A DNA stretch of 64,000 nucleotides from Octopus vulgaris (GCA_951406725.2 OX597815.1:98518001-98582000), one strand, 5' to 3'. Shown: positions 40,120-54,963, numbered from the stretch's first letter. Notes: generated from the letters alone by a model not told the origin. Made by a program: numbers and translations.

Positions 40120-43100
40120 GTTTACGTATTTGTGCTTTGCACATTTATTTCTAATCACAAACGTAGCCTCAGCGGAGTCTACTCTTCTGCAAGAATTTAT
40201 ACCAAACTATCTTTGGAGTATACCACGGATCTTTGGAGTATGCGGCTGAGGTAAGTGAATTTATCAACAAACTTCAAGGAATGTATATAATTCTGCAGTG
40301 TATGGTAGTTCAATGTACTATCTTGCTAAATCTACAAATCTGAATATACAAGAGTATATATATATATATATATATGCATGTATGTGCTTTTGTTTGTGTA
40401 TATTGTATATTTTCATTTATATAATATGTCAATTCCTAACTGTAATCATTATTGGCATTATATTTTCGTCACTCCGAAAATGTAAACCAACAATAATTTC
40501 AGCAACATCATCGGTTACAACAACAATGATGATCAACATCAACAGCAAACATTTGTGTCGTGTTGGTGGAACCAATTCCCTTAATAGTAACGGGAACTGC
40601 CATAGCACAGACTTAATATCAGTTATCTGAGCAGTGTAATCAACAAGCAAGAACAGTACCGAAACAACAGTAGGCGACATCTAGCAGCAATAAGCCAAAG
40701 AATATAATGGAGTCGGAGTATGATCGTTCAACTTGTTAGAAAGAGTAGCTAAATCCAAAATTTTATCTCGTCACATCTTACTCTATTAAAAAAAATTTGA
40801 AAGTATGATACATTGGAGGCGCAATGGCCCAGTGGTTAGGGCAGCGGACTTGCGGTCGTAGGATCACAGTTTCGATTCCCAGACCGGGCGTTGTGAGTGT
40901 TTATTGAGCGAAAACACCTAAAGCTCCACGAGGCTCCGGCAGGAGGTAGTGGCGATCCCTGCTGTACTCTTTCGCCGCAACTTTCTCTCATACTTCTGTT
41001 AGCCTGCTCGCTTCGCCAGTGGGGTGGCGTCGTATGAAGGCTAAAACAATGCGAAGCGCATTGTGACCAGCAATGTGTAGCAATATCTGATAGTCTGGTC
41101 GGTCACGTGATCACGTGACATTAGATAATTTAGTCCAGTATGGTACACCATATTTATCTATATGTAGAAAGTTCCTAGTAAGAAATTTTTTATCTCAGTT
41201 CAGCGCTTATCAGAGCAGATCTTGTGTTTTAATATTGTTCTGGCCAAATAAGGGTTCAAAGTGATTGCAGTCCATATCAGCAAACTTTCTCGAAATCAAA
41301 ATACATGTTATCAAAAGAATATTAAATATCAGATCGAGTAGTGCGAGATGACATGTTTCAATGAAAAATCAGATGGATTCGGCTAGAACGTTTCTTTGTA
41401 GAGGATATATTGAATATCATAATCCGGGTACATACTTCGGATGGATAAAGATGAGCTGATTGGGGTCTTAAAATATCCGCACCTAATGAAAAAGGAATCA
41501 GAAACTTGCAGGATTAACTTTGTTATGGAACACTGGTACACTCAATGTATCATTATGTTACATACCCAAAAGAAATCCTGGAGTCAAACTTTCAACTGCT
41601 ATACATTTTACAGGTTATATTTCACGGCAATTTGTATTGCTAATTGTTATATGCATATGTGTGGTCAATATTTGAAAGTATTTTGTACTTCTATATATGA
41701 TATTTACATATGTAGTAGCGTTTGAAATTTGTTTTGCTCTGCAAATATCTATTCATCACCGCACATAATTTTATGATGCTTGGATTTTCGTTTCTGAATG
41801 TCTCATTAGATTTCCTAAGAGGAGTATCGCCAGATTAGTTCATGATACTACAAGGAAAGAATTATTAAAGAATTAATCATGTTAGATCGATATGAAGTAC
41901 TGATCTGGCACACTCAGAATATATGTAATTGTTTAATTTCGTTGAAAGGTAGAGTAGGCTTAGGATAAAAGATATACTATCCTAGACCATCCATTGTTTT
42001 AAAGATAAATGTAATTACTTTATCCAAAGTTTTAATTCTGTGTTGTAGCTTCGTCTCAGGTCAAGCCTGATGGGAGAGATCTCTTAAAGTCATTTAACTT
42101 TGTTTTGTTTCCGGCAAAGTTATATGCATGCATACAAAACCCATATTTATGACATTAGGGTGTAATTTGAGTTACATGCAGCTTCTGTTTCTAAATATTA
42201 TGTATACATATATACATATATATTTGCATACATTATTTGTACGTGTGCTTGTACGTGTGCTTGTACGTCAGTAAGTATCGGCATAAAACATTAAACGGGA
42301 ATAAAAATAAAACGCGTTATTTAAGTATTGAGGTATGTCCCTTAAGACCAAACTTAGAACTGGTCATTTGATGAATATACCTCGATATAATAGCATGTAG
42401 TATAAAACAAAATTCAAACATTATCATGACTATAAACATGATACATAGTGATGCAAAATACAGCCAAATATTGACCATACATATATATATACACATAACA
42501 GTTAGTAATACAAAATGCCGTGAAATACAACATATGTAATAGTTGAATATGTTAGGTGAAATTTGGACCCAAGGGTTTCTTGAGCAGTTAACAATAATGC
42601 AGTGAGTGTTTTAGTGTTCCATAACAATTTGCACTTTTCTAATTATTTATTCATCAGGTGTAGGTCTTTCAAAATGCCAATCAACTCATCTTTTTTTCCA
42701 ACCGAAGTGTGTATCTGGACTAATATCGATATATCCTTTATTGAATAATAATAATAATAAAGTGATAGACAACCCCCGTCTGATTTTTCATTGAAACATG
42801 ATATTGACTATCATTTTGATAATAAGTATTTTTATTTCGGGAAAATTATATTGAAATGTAGTCCAACCAGTTAGGACATCCTCATTTGGTCAGAAAAAAA
42901 TTAAAACCCATGGTCTACTCCGACCGCGCTCAACTCTGACAAGAAGCTTACGTACCAGGTAAAATTTTGGATTTAGCTACTCTTTCTAACAAGCCGAACG
43001 ATTATATTCCCACTCCTCCATATTCTTTGATTTATTGCCGCTAGATATTTCCTACTGTTGTTTCGGTACTGTTCTTACTTGTGATTACACTGCTAAGATA

Positions 43101-43680
43101 AATTATATTAAATCTGTAGCTCTTACTGTTCTCGTTACTATTAAGGGAATTGATTCCTTCAACACGACACAGATGTTTTCTCTTGATGTTGTTGATCATC
43201 ATTGTTGTTGTGGTGATATGTATTTTCAGAATCACTGCATCTACCTGACAACAGTTATTGCATTATACAGGCACCAGATCTATGCAGAAAGACATAATAT
43301 TATAGTATAAATATTTCTACAGTGGGATTAGGAAAATATAATACCAATAATAATTATAGTCAGGAATTAAGATATTATATGGATAAAAATGCATACACAA
43401 ATACAAAAGTACAAGCATGTTTATGCTTACATGCGTGTATACATGCGTATACATAGATACAGAAAAAAATGCACTCACACATACACACACACATTAGTGT
43501 ATTATTAATTTCAACCTGCATGTCTCTGAAGATAGCCAGATTATCAGTTTTAGCTAATTTCGGCAAAGTCAAAACCGGGTGAGATTTTTGCTTTCAGGGC
43601 AGACTCCTCTCTTTGACAATCCGGATTATATAATTTTCAGAGTGCTATACTCCAGACTCACAAAGCACATCGATACAGTG
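40120..43680. repeat. Old inverted duplication; arms ~40120-41758 and ~42368-43680
   Basis: Colinear reverse-complement matches, e.g. CTTGTTAGAAAGAGTAGCTAAATCCAAAATTTTA, CATGTTTCAATGAAAAATCAGA, TTGTTATGGAACACT, TATTTCACGGCA, TGGTCAATATTTG. Confidence 0.85.
40815..41118 (+). mobile_element. tRNA-derived SINE (family D, my label)
   Basis: A box TGGCCCAGTGG, B box GTTTCGATTCC, tail (TCACGTGA)2, short ACATT duplication; absent from the paired inverted arm. Confidence 0.85.
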
Positions 43681-44559
43681 AGCGATCTCGAACAAGATGT
43701 TCCCCAATAGATATTATGTTTATATTTTTTTTCTCAAATAAGGGAATGACAAAATGAGATTTCGCGTGAAAAATTACAAAAATATAGCAAATTCGAAAAT
43801 TTTCAGTTAATTTCAAAATTTCAAAAACTGTGACAGCAACAGATACTCTTTGCACGTTCCAATAATCTTCAATTGATCTTATATGGTACAGATTTCTCCT
43901 TTTACAACCATATATGCCTAGCTAACTCTGTGATGCTACATCTTCTTTCGATCTTAAAAGGTCTCTTGTACAAATTGGTTCTGAAAGGGTCTACCGTGGA
44001 TAGGGAGCCCACTAGGTCTATTCTTACACAGGTCCTCTTTCAGCAACAGGGTTTCCTTGGCATGCATCATTATGAATATATCCTTATCTCTAATGTCAGT
44101 TTAGATTTTAGCAAAGCTTAATATCTCATATAACATATAAGCGAACTTTAGGATAGTTAAGATATGTTTGTGACATATTTCAACTTCCTCTAAAAGCAAA
44201 TTCACTGCAGTTACCGTGGAGAAAAAATTGTCTATGATAAAAACACCATATCTGTCCGCTGATGCACTCTGTTGCATTTCCAGACGCGGCGTTTCTCAGT
44301 CTTTTAGCCTCGATAAAGATAAATCAAATCGGTAATATTAAATTGCTTGATATTTTACGCTTCTCCTCTCATGATTGCCGTTAAAATATGAGATATCCTC
44401 ATTAGTGTTGCGCTACAAGGAGAGGCGAAGGTTTTCTTTATAGCATTGTCGTTTCTCTGAGCTGATGCTTCCACAGTACCGCGATATATATTAGGATTTG
44501 TCAACCGACATTTTGTGTTAGTGGTGGGTTTTGACCTCTGTTCTGTCTCATGGTTAATT

Positions 44560-44789
44560 GTTATTTCTTTATTGCCCACAAGGGGCTAAACACGGAGGGG
44601 ATAAACAAGGACAGACAAAGGGATTAAGTCGATTATATCGACACCAGTGCGTGACTGGTACTTAATATTTCGACCCCGAAAGGATGAAAGGTAAAGTCGA
44701 CCTCGGCGGAATTTGAACTCAGAACGTAAAAGCAGACGAAATACCGGTAAACATTTCGCCCGGCGTGCTAACATTTCTGCTAGCTCGCC
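44560..44789 (-). mobile_element. tRNA-derived SINE (family A), full length with 15-bp TSD
   Basis: GTCTCATGGTTAATT at 44545-44559 and 44790-44804. Confidence 0.92.
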
Positions 44790-45173
44790 GTCTCATGGTT
44801 AATTCTATTGTAGGGAAAACCGTCCTGTAGATCTAAATAATCGGAACGAATTGAATTCCTTCAATTCATTACTAGTCATTTTGTATCGTATATAAATTTT
44901 CCGTCTTTTCCTCAAAGAGAAAACAAGACATATCTAGATTTTTATGCCTATGTAAAACTGAAATAAACTTACCCTTAGAGGAATACCAGCTTCTTTATAA
45001 TGCCTAGGTCTTTTTCGAAAGCTCCACTTCTTTGATCCTGGATGAGAATCTAGCTTTAATTCCGAAGCATTCAGAAACTGCAAAGGATTTTGCTTGGTAA
45101 CATAAATATCGCGGTTGGTGAGCCAGTGGCAGCAGCGTATAAAGTTGGGTCGAACGAGCTGATGTACATAGAA

Positions 45174-45248
<75 letters not shown>

Positions 45249-45272
45249 AAACGTTCATTCTATCAAGATACC

Positions 45273-45335
45273 CTTGGACTGACGAGTAGACTTCCGAGGT
45301 TCGTTCTACCCACTATGAAACATATGTAGCCAGAG
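45273..45335 (+). ncRNA. Type I hammerhead motif with palindromic helix III
   Basis: TTGG(A)-CTGACGA-GTAG...CTAT-GAA-ACATATGT-A-(G)CCAG; GUA site at 45326-45328; first helix I pair mismatched. Confidence 0.7.
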
Positions 45336-45721
45336 TTTTATCTACTCTGTTCCTTAGCTCTTGTATATATGAGTGTGTGTGTATGCGTACATGTGTGTAT
45401 ATACGTGTGTGTGTGTGAGTGCATACATATGTGTGTATGAGTGTGTGTGTGTGCGATTACTTCTGATTTATAAGCCTAGGACCAACTATTTCGAAGGTAC
45501 AGGTTACTTGATACTATCCACAGTATTATTTGACGGGCATTGTATGTCATTGGCCCGGAAAAGATGACGCACAAAGTTATCCTCGTTGTCATTTCAACTT
45601 AGAACATTGAAAATCGGAAGAAATGTTGCAAAGCATTTTCTGATGTATGCACTCACATACGCGTGCCCACGCATGCACACACACACACACACAACATGCA
45701 TACACAAACATACACAAATAC

Positions 45722-45780
<59 letters not shown>

Positions 45781-46584
45781 ACACTCACATATATATATAT
45801 GTACATACACCATATGTATATATGCGTGTATAGATATTTCTTCTTATATTTTAACTTATATTTCCGACCAACCGCCAAATAATAAATGGAAAAATTGAAT
45901 TTTAATTCTCAGATTTTATCTCGTGATATCGTGTTTTCCCCTTAGGAAACAACTCACTCTTGCAAATGTAAGTCTTAGCTTTTAAAACTTTATCGACTTT
46001 TAAGAGATAAATGATTTTGGCGGTACACGTAATATTTAGATTATGAAATATGAGGAATGATATTGTATGTAGCTATTTTTTGAGTCACACTTCTCTTTTT
46101 GTGACGCTAAATTCCCTCGTTCGGAAAATATGATTGCCCGTAGTTTTCGGTACATAACTATATTCAGTAGAGACCATGCTATGCATAAAAGAAAGGAAAA
46201 GATGACCGCAAGCGCGTCAGTAACATTTGCTCATTACCATTAGCATTTTAAACTTTACGAAACACATAGGCAAACGATTACACGGGAATAGTTTTGAAAT
46301 AATTTCTGTTGAATTTGCTGTTTCACTGGATTTACACTAAAAAACTTTTATGATAACGGCTAAAGAGCTAGAAACGTAGCGCCTGGGAATCCGTGAGTAG
46401 GAATAGCACTAGTTAGATATAGTGTTTTTACACCTTTTTAACGTAACAGACAATTGTTTCACCACGCTGACCGCAGAGAATGTGCCCTTAGAAATTGAAA
46501 TATGTCACAAATATATTTTAACTATCTTAAAGTTCGCTTATGCCTAAACACTGCTTGTTGCCGATATTGCTGTAATGTATATAT

Positions 46585-46785
46585 ACAGAAACGCTAGCAT
46601 GCAGGGCGAAATGATTAGCGGTATTTCGTCTCTATTTACGTTCTGAGTTCAAATACTGCCGAGGTCGACTTTGCCTTTCATGCTTCCGGGGTCGATAAAT
46701 TAAGTATCAGTTGCGTACTGGGCTCGATCTAATCGACTGCCCATCTCCCCCAAATTTTGGGGTTTTGTGCCTAGAGTAGAAAAGT
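46585..46785 (+). mobile_element. SINE (family A)
   Basis: GAGTTCAAATACTGCCGAGGTCGACTTTGCCTTTCATG...CCTAGAGTAGAAAAG. Confidence 0.88.
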
Positions 46786-46802
46786 ATGTATCTATGTGTG
46801 TG

Positions 46803-46851
<49 letters not shown>

Positions 46852-46899
46852 CTCTCTCTCTATATATATATATATTTAGATAGATAGGTGGAAAGATAT

Positions 46900-47062
46900 A
46901 GATATGCAAGTATCTATAAGTATCTATAAGAAATGCATAAAACAAAACATACAAATCTACACGTACACATTCATACAAAAATACCCTGTTGTCGATGTTA
47001 AAATTTCAGTCAAAGAGATTTGGATCTAGGTAAGAAAACGGTTCTTTATTGGCAAGAGAAAA
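46900..47062 (+). mobile_element. Solo 3' UTR fragment of the R4/Dong family
   Basis: GATATGCAA..AAAACATACAAA..CAAAAATACCC..TCTAGGTAAGAAA matches the reverse complement of 48240-48570 minus the internal (TACA)n. Confidence 0.65.
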
Positions 47063-47119
47063 TGACATATATATATACATACATACATACATACATACAT
47101 ACATACATACATACATACA

Positions 47120-47150
<31 letters not shown>

Positions 47151-47154
47151 GTGT

Positions 47155-47964
47155 GTCAGAGGTGCGAGATTATAGGATGAACCTAGTTTCAATGTGGCTA
47201 GACTAAAAGAAAGCCTTTGACTCTGGTCTCCATTCATGAATGCTAGAAGCTCTTTAACTTGCTAAAGTTCCAATGAGCATAGTGAAAGCCATAGCTGACC
47301 TGACTTCATCGTAGGACATCATCTTGAAATTAAACAAAAAGTGTGACTGTATTACCACTGACAGAATACAGTATCGCTAAGGCATATTCCAATGTGACAG
47401 TCTCTCTGTTTATACTTTCTGTAAACTCCTTATCATTCATGCTAAGGAAGTCTGAAGGATGTCTCACAGGTTCGCAAGGAATACCAAAATTACATACTGT
47501 TTCTTTGTGAATGACTTAAAACTTTATGCAAATAATATGCATGAGATGGAAAAGAGCCTTGACCTAGTTACAACATTCTCAAAGGATGTAGGGTTGGAGT
47601 TTGGTCAGGATAAATTATGTTATATGGTTGTGAAAAGGGGGAAAACTTTGAACCAGACTAGTAACTTCTCCATCAATGATTTGACTGTTTCCCTGTATCT
47701 GACGAGGAATATTACAGGTGTCTAGGGGTGGATGAAAATATATCTTACAATGGCACCTGTAACAAAACAAGTGTCACTAAAGAATATTACAACCGAATAA
47801 AGAAAATTTGGACCTCAGAATTCTCTGCATTCAATAAAACAGTAGCCCATAATGTGTTTGCAGTGCCAGTACTCATACCAATATTTGGGCTGCTCCCTTG
47901 GACGTTTGATGATATCCGAGCCATTGAGGTGAAAACGCAAAAAATACTAACAAGCACACATAAT
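47155..47964 (+). mobile_element. R4/Dong-clade LINE, RT half
   Basis: WLD..KAFDS, GIFQCDSLS, FVNDLKLYA, GLEFGQDK, IKKIWTSE..FNKTVAHNVFAVPVL, ending KILTSTHN. Confidence 0.9.
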
Positions 47965-48234
47965 GCATGAGTGTGTTTTTGTGTGCGTACGGGGGTGTTT
48001 GTATCATTATATACAAATTTGTATTTCATTTGAGAACATTAACGTAATTGTTACATTTCTCATTACAAAGTGTTACTAGGAATTAACATTGCAAAATCAC
48101 TTGGTGCATATTATTAATGACTTAACAAAATGGAAATGATCTAAAATTTGAAACCATTCAAAATGTCCCTATGTTAACATTTAGGATTCATAAAACTCAA
48201 ATATTATGTGAAGTAATTATGTATGTCATTATTC

Positions 48235-49632
48235 AGCTTAATTCAAGATTTCTTTCCAATAGAAAAAAAAAACAGTTTCTAACGTAGACCCAAATCAACT
48301 TCATTGGAATTTCAATATCAACAAACGGGTATTTTTGTTTGCATATATATATATGTAAGTATGTATGTAAGTATGTATGTATGTATGTATGTATGTATGT
48401 ATGTATGTATGTATGTATGTATGTATGTATGTATGTATGTATGCATGCATGCATGCATGCATGTATGTATGCATGTATGTATGTCTGGATGGATGGATGG
48501 ATGGATGTATGTATGTGCAGGTTTGTATGTTTTATGTATATATTTCAATGCATATAGTTGCATATCCAGAATGCTCATATATATTTAAATGATAAACTTC
48601 TGGAAAATTTTACAGATGTTTACAGTTCCATTCGAATTAGGTTTTTCATTCTTGGTTTTGAGAAGCTTAATTTCTCTAGACTAGTATTTAGGCAGGGCCC
48701 CAATAATTACAGGTATAAACCTGAACTTGTAATCTGGATATAGTAGCTGCAGATTTCTCAATAGATCGGCATAGGTGTTTTCTTTTTCACTGATCTTCAG
48801 CTTTATGTTAACATCCGCTGGGCAGCTAATTTCCACAACTGTACACAGTTTCTCTTCTCTATCTCAATCATTATATCAGGTCTGTTGTGCTTACATTTTA
48901 TTCAGGTCTTCACTGGGACATTCCACCAGTATTCCTTTTTATTATGAGTGGCTGTGTCTTCTACCATATTGTGGGTTCTTATTTCTTTGTCCTCGAGATT
49001 ATCGTTCCGACGGATTTCATTATAGAGTGTCCTAGCTACAACATTATGTCTCAGCAGTAGATAATACCGTGATGATATTTTCGGACAAATGCTTATGATG
49101 TGGGTAATATCTTCAGTGTGAACTCCAGAAAGTCTGCATCGGTTGTCCCATTTTACTGCATTTCCTGCATCCCTGTACCTTTTGTGCATCAGGTAATTGG
49201 TTGATATTTCCTGTTCCTGGATTGGAAACGCATTCCCTTCAAAGTGGGAGGTAGTAATCCTGCTATTCGTCTGTGATAAACTGCTTTGATGATCGATGTA
49301 ACTATTATCACGGAGCTTTCCACTAAAATATCTATGCATAGTCTTCTGCTCATATAGGCTCAGCCTTTCATCTGACGATACGTTGCGGTAGAGTCGTGCA
49401 ACCTCTTTGGGCCTGTATTCTAGGTTATCAGGCAAACATTTTGCTCAAGGAGCTGCCTTCCAAGTTATCAGCCTCATGAATGCAAACTTGGTCAAGGGAT
49501 GCATTTCGACACTTGGTGGTTAAAGATGTTGCCGAAGAGATATGATGTGGCATTCAAAGGCATTTTGGATCGATCTTAAGCCTCTGCCGCTGCCTTGTTT
49601 TCGTTTTAGGTAGGAGCGGTCTACGTCATTTC
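48235..49632 (-). mobile_element. R4/Dong-clade LINE, C-terminal half (CCHC + restriction-like endonuclease) and 3' UTR
   Basis: DVDRSYLKRKQGSGRGL, IQEQEIST, CRLSG..EDITHIISIC, HNRPDI..VVEISCP..K, stop near 48586, then UTR containing (TACA)n. Confidence 0.92.
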
Positions 49633-50143
49633 TGTATGTACGCAGAAAATGGACAAATAGTAAAGAAGTTTGCTTCGTAACCACGAGGTCCTGGGTTCAA
49701 TTCTATTGCAGGTAATTTGGGGTCAATATTTTCTATAGGTACAGAACACCCACTAAACTTATGAATGATTTTCAGTAAATATTAACAGGAATACCTGTCC
49801 ATCGGTAGACTATAATTGTAATTGAAAATGTACGTCTTGTCACACACTCTACCATACATATTCTGTATGAGAATTAAATCATGGGTACGCGTACCTATAG
49901 GATGCTCTTCCACTTAAAAGTTACTTCAAAAGCAGGTAATTCAGTTGATAAACTACACGTCGAACGACGGATGACCACCATACATACCACCATATAGTTA
50001 CTGCAGAACACTGATGACATGAACGCAGGATTATATAATGTTTCATCTATAGGTATATAATAATGATGGCAACTTAAAACTCGTGTATGTTCTATAAAGC
50101 AATGAATACCATACCTATTTTCTCTATGTTAATATTTCTCCGT

Positions 50144-50174
<31 letters not shown>

Positions 50175-50175
50175 C

Positions 50176-50229
<54 letters not shown>

Positions 50230-51342
50230 ATGTCTTACCAATGGACTGAACAGAACAGCTCATTACAAATCTATTAACACCTATTTATTTATAAAAGAAA
50301 AATTATCATTAAAGACTTCTTGTAGAAAACATCTAAATTACTAATTAAATTGGATTTTTACTCTAATTATAACTGAAAGTTTGTGCTTTGTCTGAAATAT
50401 GATGAATACGTATGTTTAATGTTATCGTGAATGTATAGTAAATTATCTCATTAGGAATTTTGATTTACTTCGAAATTAATTACTTGTAATTAATTACTTT
50501 TATATTTACTGAATGAGTTGACCCCTGTAACATACATTTAAAATATACGCTATTGAGTTTGATTTTTATTTATTGGTGTACAATATTCACTTGGCTGCAG
50601 AAAATCTATTACCGTCTTTTTCATATTGATTGTTTCTAAGGCGTAGGTTAATTCTTTCGTTTATCTCATCTTTATGTTATGCTTTTATGCCTTTCAGTGA
50701 ATAAACTGAAGGTTTGGTTGAAAGATCAAGGTTAAGATAGAGTAATAGATGCGTATTTTTTTGTGCAAATATACTATGCAACAATATATAAGAAAGCAAT
50801 CAATAGAACTTATAACGGCCTTCCCTCATAATATATTTTTTGTAGTGTTTATCTAGAGTTTTATTATTAAACATTTCATTGAACTTGAATTTTATATTAT
50901 TGGATAGATTTCAAGTAAGCGGCTGTACTTATAAGCTGCCATCCAATTTCCGGGAGCGGTCAGCTGGCAATGTTTAAGGAATCTCTTACACAGTTAGTTG
51001 TATGACGAGAGGAGCAGGACACTATATGAGTAAATATAGGACATGAGACTTCTGAGTTGCGAGTACCTGTGGGGAGAAGGCATGGAAGCGAAGTAAATGC
51101 AATAGCAGTAGAACAGAGAAACAGCACATTTGTGCACCGAAGGTTTTACTGTATTGCATATGACTTCATACCAATGAGACGGATGACTTGTTTTCAATTG
51201 CAAGATATTTGTTTGACTTACATATGCTGTATGTATATATATATACATACACACATTCATGCGTATACATACATGCACACTTACACGCATGCACATACGC
51301 ACACACGTGTGCTTGTGCTTGTGTGTTAGTGTGTTTGTGTAT

Positions 51343-51403
<61 letters not shown>

Positions 51404-53695
51404 AGGAAGTTGCCCTAAGTTCGATGCCACAATGTGGTATCTTGGGCAATTGTGAATTTCTTTACTTCGATCAATCTATACCTTTGGAGTGAATTTGAAT
51501 GGACAGCAACAATATAGAAGTTTGACAGATGGATCGTAGCTGAAACTCAAACTATACAGCTTTACCGCACACTGTTTCTCAGTTACCGTACTTGAGAATT
51601 CCGTCAAAGGTACGTGCATCTTCGGAATACTCAGCCAATTATGCATTAAGTCAATAGTAGGTAATTCACTTGACGGAAAAACTAATGCCTACACATCGAT
51701 CGACTGAGCACCACCATTGTTTGAATGCTACAAATTATATGCAGGAACCATCTGCTAGTAAGTTGCATTGTATGATACAAAGAATAGTCAGGTTTGTAAC
51801 CATTTTAACATTATTGAAAAGAAATATTGGATTATTCAACGTTATTTACAAGTAAATAAATATATAAAAATCATAAACCGTGAGTCACCATCAGTACGTA
51901 ACATAATACCTATAGTATAATACACACAAGCACACACACACACCTATATATATATATATATATATATATCCGTGTGTGTGCATATGTATATATGCGTCTG
52001 TATTCATATATATGTATAAGCAGTGCTTGAAGGTATATTTTGGATATACGGTGTACGTGCTTTAGTTTCCTTTTTTATTTCCTTTTGTGTGTGTAATGTG
52101 TATATTTACAATATAATATTTCTTCAGATGTTTTATACATACAGAAGTGGCAGACACTCTCAAGAGATTAGCCAGTTTTAATATATTATTGTTATCTTAT
52201 ATAAAATTTATGACGTCTAAGAAACGCTTTCTAAGAATTTTATTAATTGAAGTGTGAAAATATTGTGTTTTTATCGATTGAATCTTTTACTAAATACTCA
52301 CAATGTGTTGTGGCGAAACGTTTTTTCTTTGTATTCCATTTATACTTTAATGTTTCACACAACCTTCATCTCGTGTTTTAGAAAATAAGCCCTTGCTTCA
52401 TGATTCTATGCAATTAAGCAGATAACTGTCCAAGTAGCAACCATCCACTCAATAATCACTTAATCTTAAGATTACTTACGAAGCTTTATATTATTTTTCT
52501 GTTTTATGTTTCTATCTCATCTCCTACACACTCTGTATCTATAATACTTTTCCCCTCTTTCGTTTTATTTTTCACTACTTTCTTCCAACTCAATGCATCA
52601 TCTGAAAACAAGTTTCATTAACAAACCACATGCGCACACCATACTTCAGGCAGACTTTTATTTTGTGCAGATGATTGATGAAGTACAGTGCTGCAGGGAG
52701 ATACATTAGCCCTTCATAACAGTCAATGAACAAGCAGCCGCTGGCATTGCTTCTCCTTTCTACTTTTGCACTTCACACAAAGGTGTGAAATTGCTCGCCA
52801 AATCTTATGGGAGTCATTTTCCTGGCTTGGAAAGTCCGCATAGATAATATCTACCAACATTGTTTTCGCAATGTTTCAAGATCGTTGCTAGTTTGAAAGG
52901 ATGAGTAAGTCGTTTGACAACTGTGCCTAAACAAACTTAGGTCGCCATCGATCATAAGATAGTCATAATGTATTTGAAAACAACGTGCATATTTCAATTA
53001 TGTAACAAGACATATTTGTTCAAAATTTGCTGACTTAAGCAATAACAGATATTGCTAGCGCATATTTTCAAATACACTCATACAAACATAAAAATGTTTT
53101 TACTTTTATTTCTGTCGGTAATAAATTTGATGACATTATATAGAGTTTGTTTTATTGAACAAGTTTAATCACTAATTAGATTCTAGTTCATGAAGTGAAA
53201 CTAAAATAATGGTTTCGTGTTAAAGCGAGACCTACACTGTTATATTCAGTCCTAATTTTTATATTTTTAGTTTTTATTTTCATAATCATATTATAAATAT
53301 TAAATATCAACGTTTTTTTGTTCAACGTTTACTATTTGGTCACTGATATTTTGCATCTGTGTATGGAGGGAAATATGATATAAAACTTTTATAAACCATC
53401 TCAATAAAAAATGTTTTATGTTTTCAACTCTACATAAGATTTTACAGCACTGAAATATTGAAATTCGCAATATCGTTGAGATATCATTTAAATTTCATAT
53501 AACCGCAAGCGCAAAGTGCCTGCTGAACTACAGAGAACTAATAATATTTCAGTGTAAATATATATATATGATGTGGATATTTGATACATCGCTGTGAACA
53601 TCCACAAGGCACGAGCATAAAAAGAACTGGCGATTGTTTTGGTCATTATTGCAGAAACTAAGATTAAGCTTTACGTAATGGTTAGAATGTGTATG

Positions 53696-53726
<31 letters not shown>

Positions 53727-54434
53727 ACACCTACCAGTTGTAGGGTCACCGTATTTCGTTATGCACTCATAATATACAACCAAGTATATTAAAGGTTTGA
53801 TAAGTCAATGCTGTGTCCTACTGTGTTAGCAGTGTTATAAAATCACTTTTTTAAGGATATCTCTTCATATTTTATGCAGAAATTATAGCTAGCAGTGATT
53901 CATTACGATCTTTTATATTCGAATAAGTCTAATGTAAACAATGCAATCGAAGATGGCAAAATAGGCAATGGGTTTAGATGCATATTTCAGGAGTTCTTGT
54001 TCCTTCTGTAGCAACACATCCAACCTATCAAGCATCCACAAACTCATTGCTTAAATACCCACTAATATATAGCGGTATTGGATATATCAATTTTAAATAT
54101 CAAACACATTCCTGAAAGATAGTATGTATAGATTACTTGGTAAAAAGATACAGTGATCCACCAAGTTTATTCTATTGTATTTATTCAATTGTATTTCTCT
54201 TCTGCACTTGTATTTTTCTACAGTCGTCGTTTTCTTAGTGCTTTCGATATATGGTAATTCTAGTATCAGCAAAGAGTGAAATCTACCGAATACGTCTATT
54301 GTTTGTGAATATATAGTGAAACTATTTGCTATTTATAGTAGAGTCTGTTTTTTTTAACTTGCCATGAAATGTTCTGTGGTGTAGATTGTTTGTTATGTTA
54401 CAGTTCATTTGTGTACATACGTTTGTATATTCTT

Positions 54435-54640
54435 TCCTTTTCTTTTACTTGTTTCAGTCATTTGACTGCAGCCATGCTAGAGCACTTAAAAGGTTTTAGT
54501 TGAAGAAATCGTTCCCAGAGCTTATTCATTGTAAGCCTAGTACTTATTCTGTCTTTTTTGCAGAAACGCTAAGTTACAGTGACGTAAACACACCAGCATC
54601 AGTTGTCAAGCGATGGTGGGAGGACAAACACAGACACACA

Positions 54641-54679
<39 letters not shown>

Positions 54680-54830
54680 CGAGCTTCACTCAGTTTCCGT
54701 CAATCAAATCCACTCACAAGGCTTTGTTCGGCCCGAGGTTATAAAAGAAAACGCTAGCCCAAAGTGCCACGCAGTGGGACTGAACCCGGAACCATGTGGC
54801 TGGAAAGCAAGCGTCTTACCACACAAGCAC
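54435..54830 (-). mobile_element. Composite SINE: family C + (TA)n + family B
   Basis: Same module order as 22045-22460. Confidence 0.82.
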
Positions 54831-54928
54831 GGCTATATATATATATATAAACACAAACACGCACACACATATACATATACAGATACGTATGTATACATAT
54901 ATATTTTCATAAAGTATATATGCGTGTG

Positions 54929-54963
<35 letters not shown>

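Noticed and set aside
40815-40890. tRNA gene
   Set aside because: A/B boxes present but no convincing acceptor stem; continues into a SINE body and is an insertion relative to the paired arm.
48262-48312. HHR-like motif in the R4 3' UTR (CCAATGA...GAAAC)
   Set aside because: Core lacks the essential UG, and the second copy near 47005 is also non-canonical.
52656-52910. Host exon after TTTTATTTTGTGCAG
   Set aside because: All three frames stop within about 40 nt; no recognisable protein.
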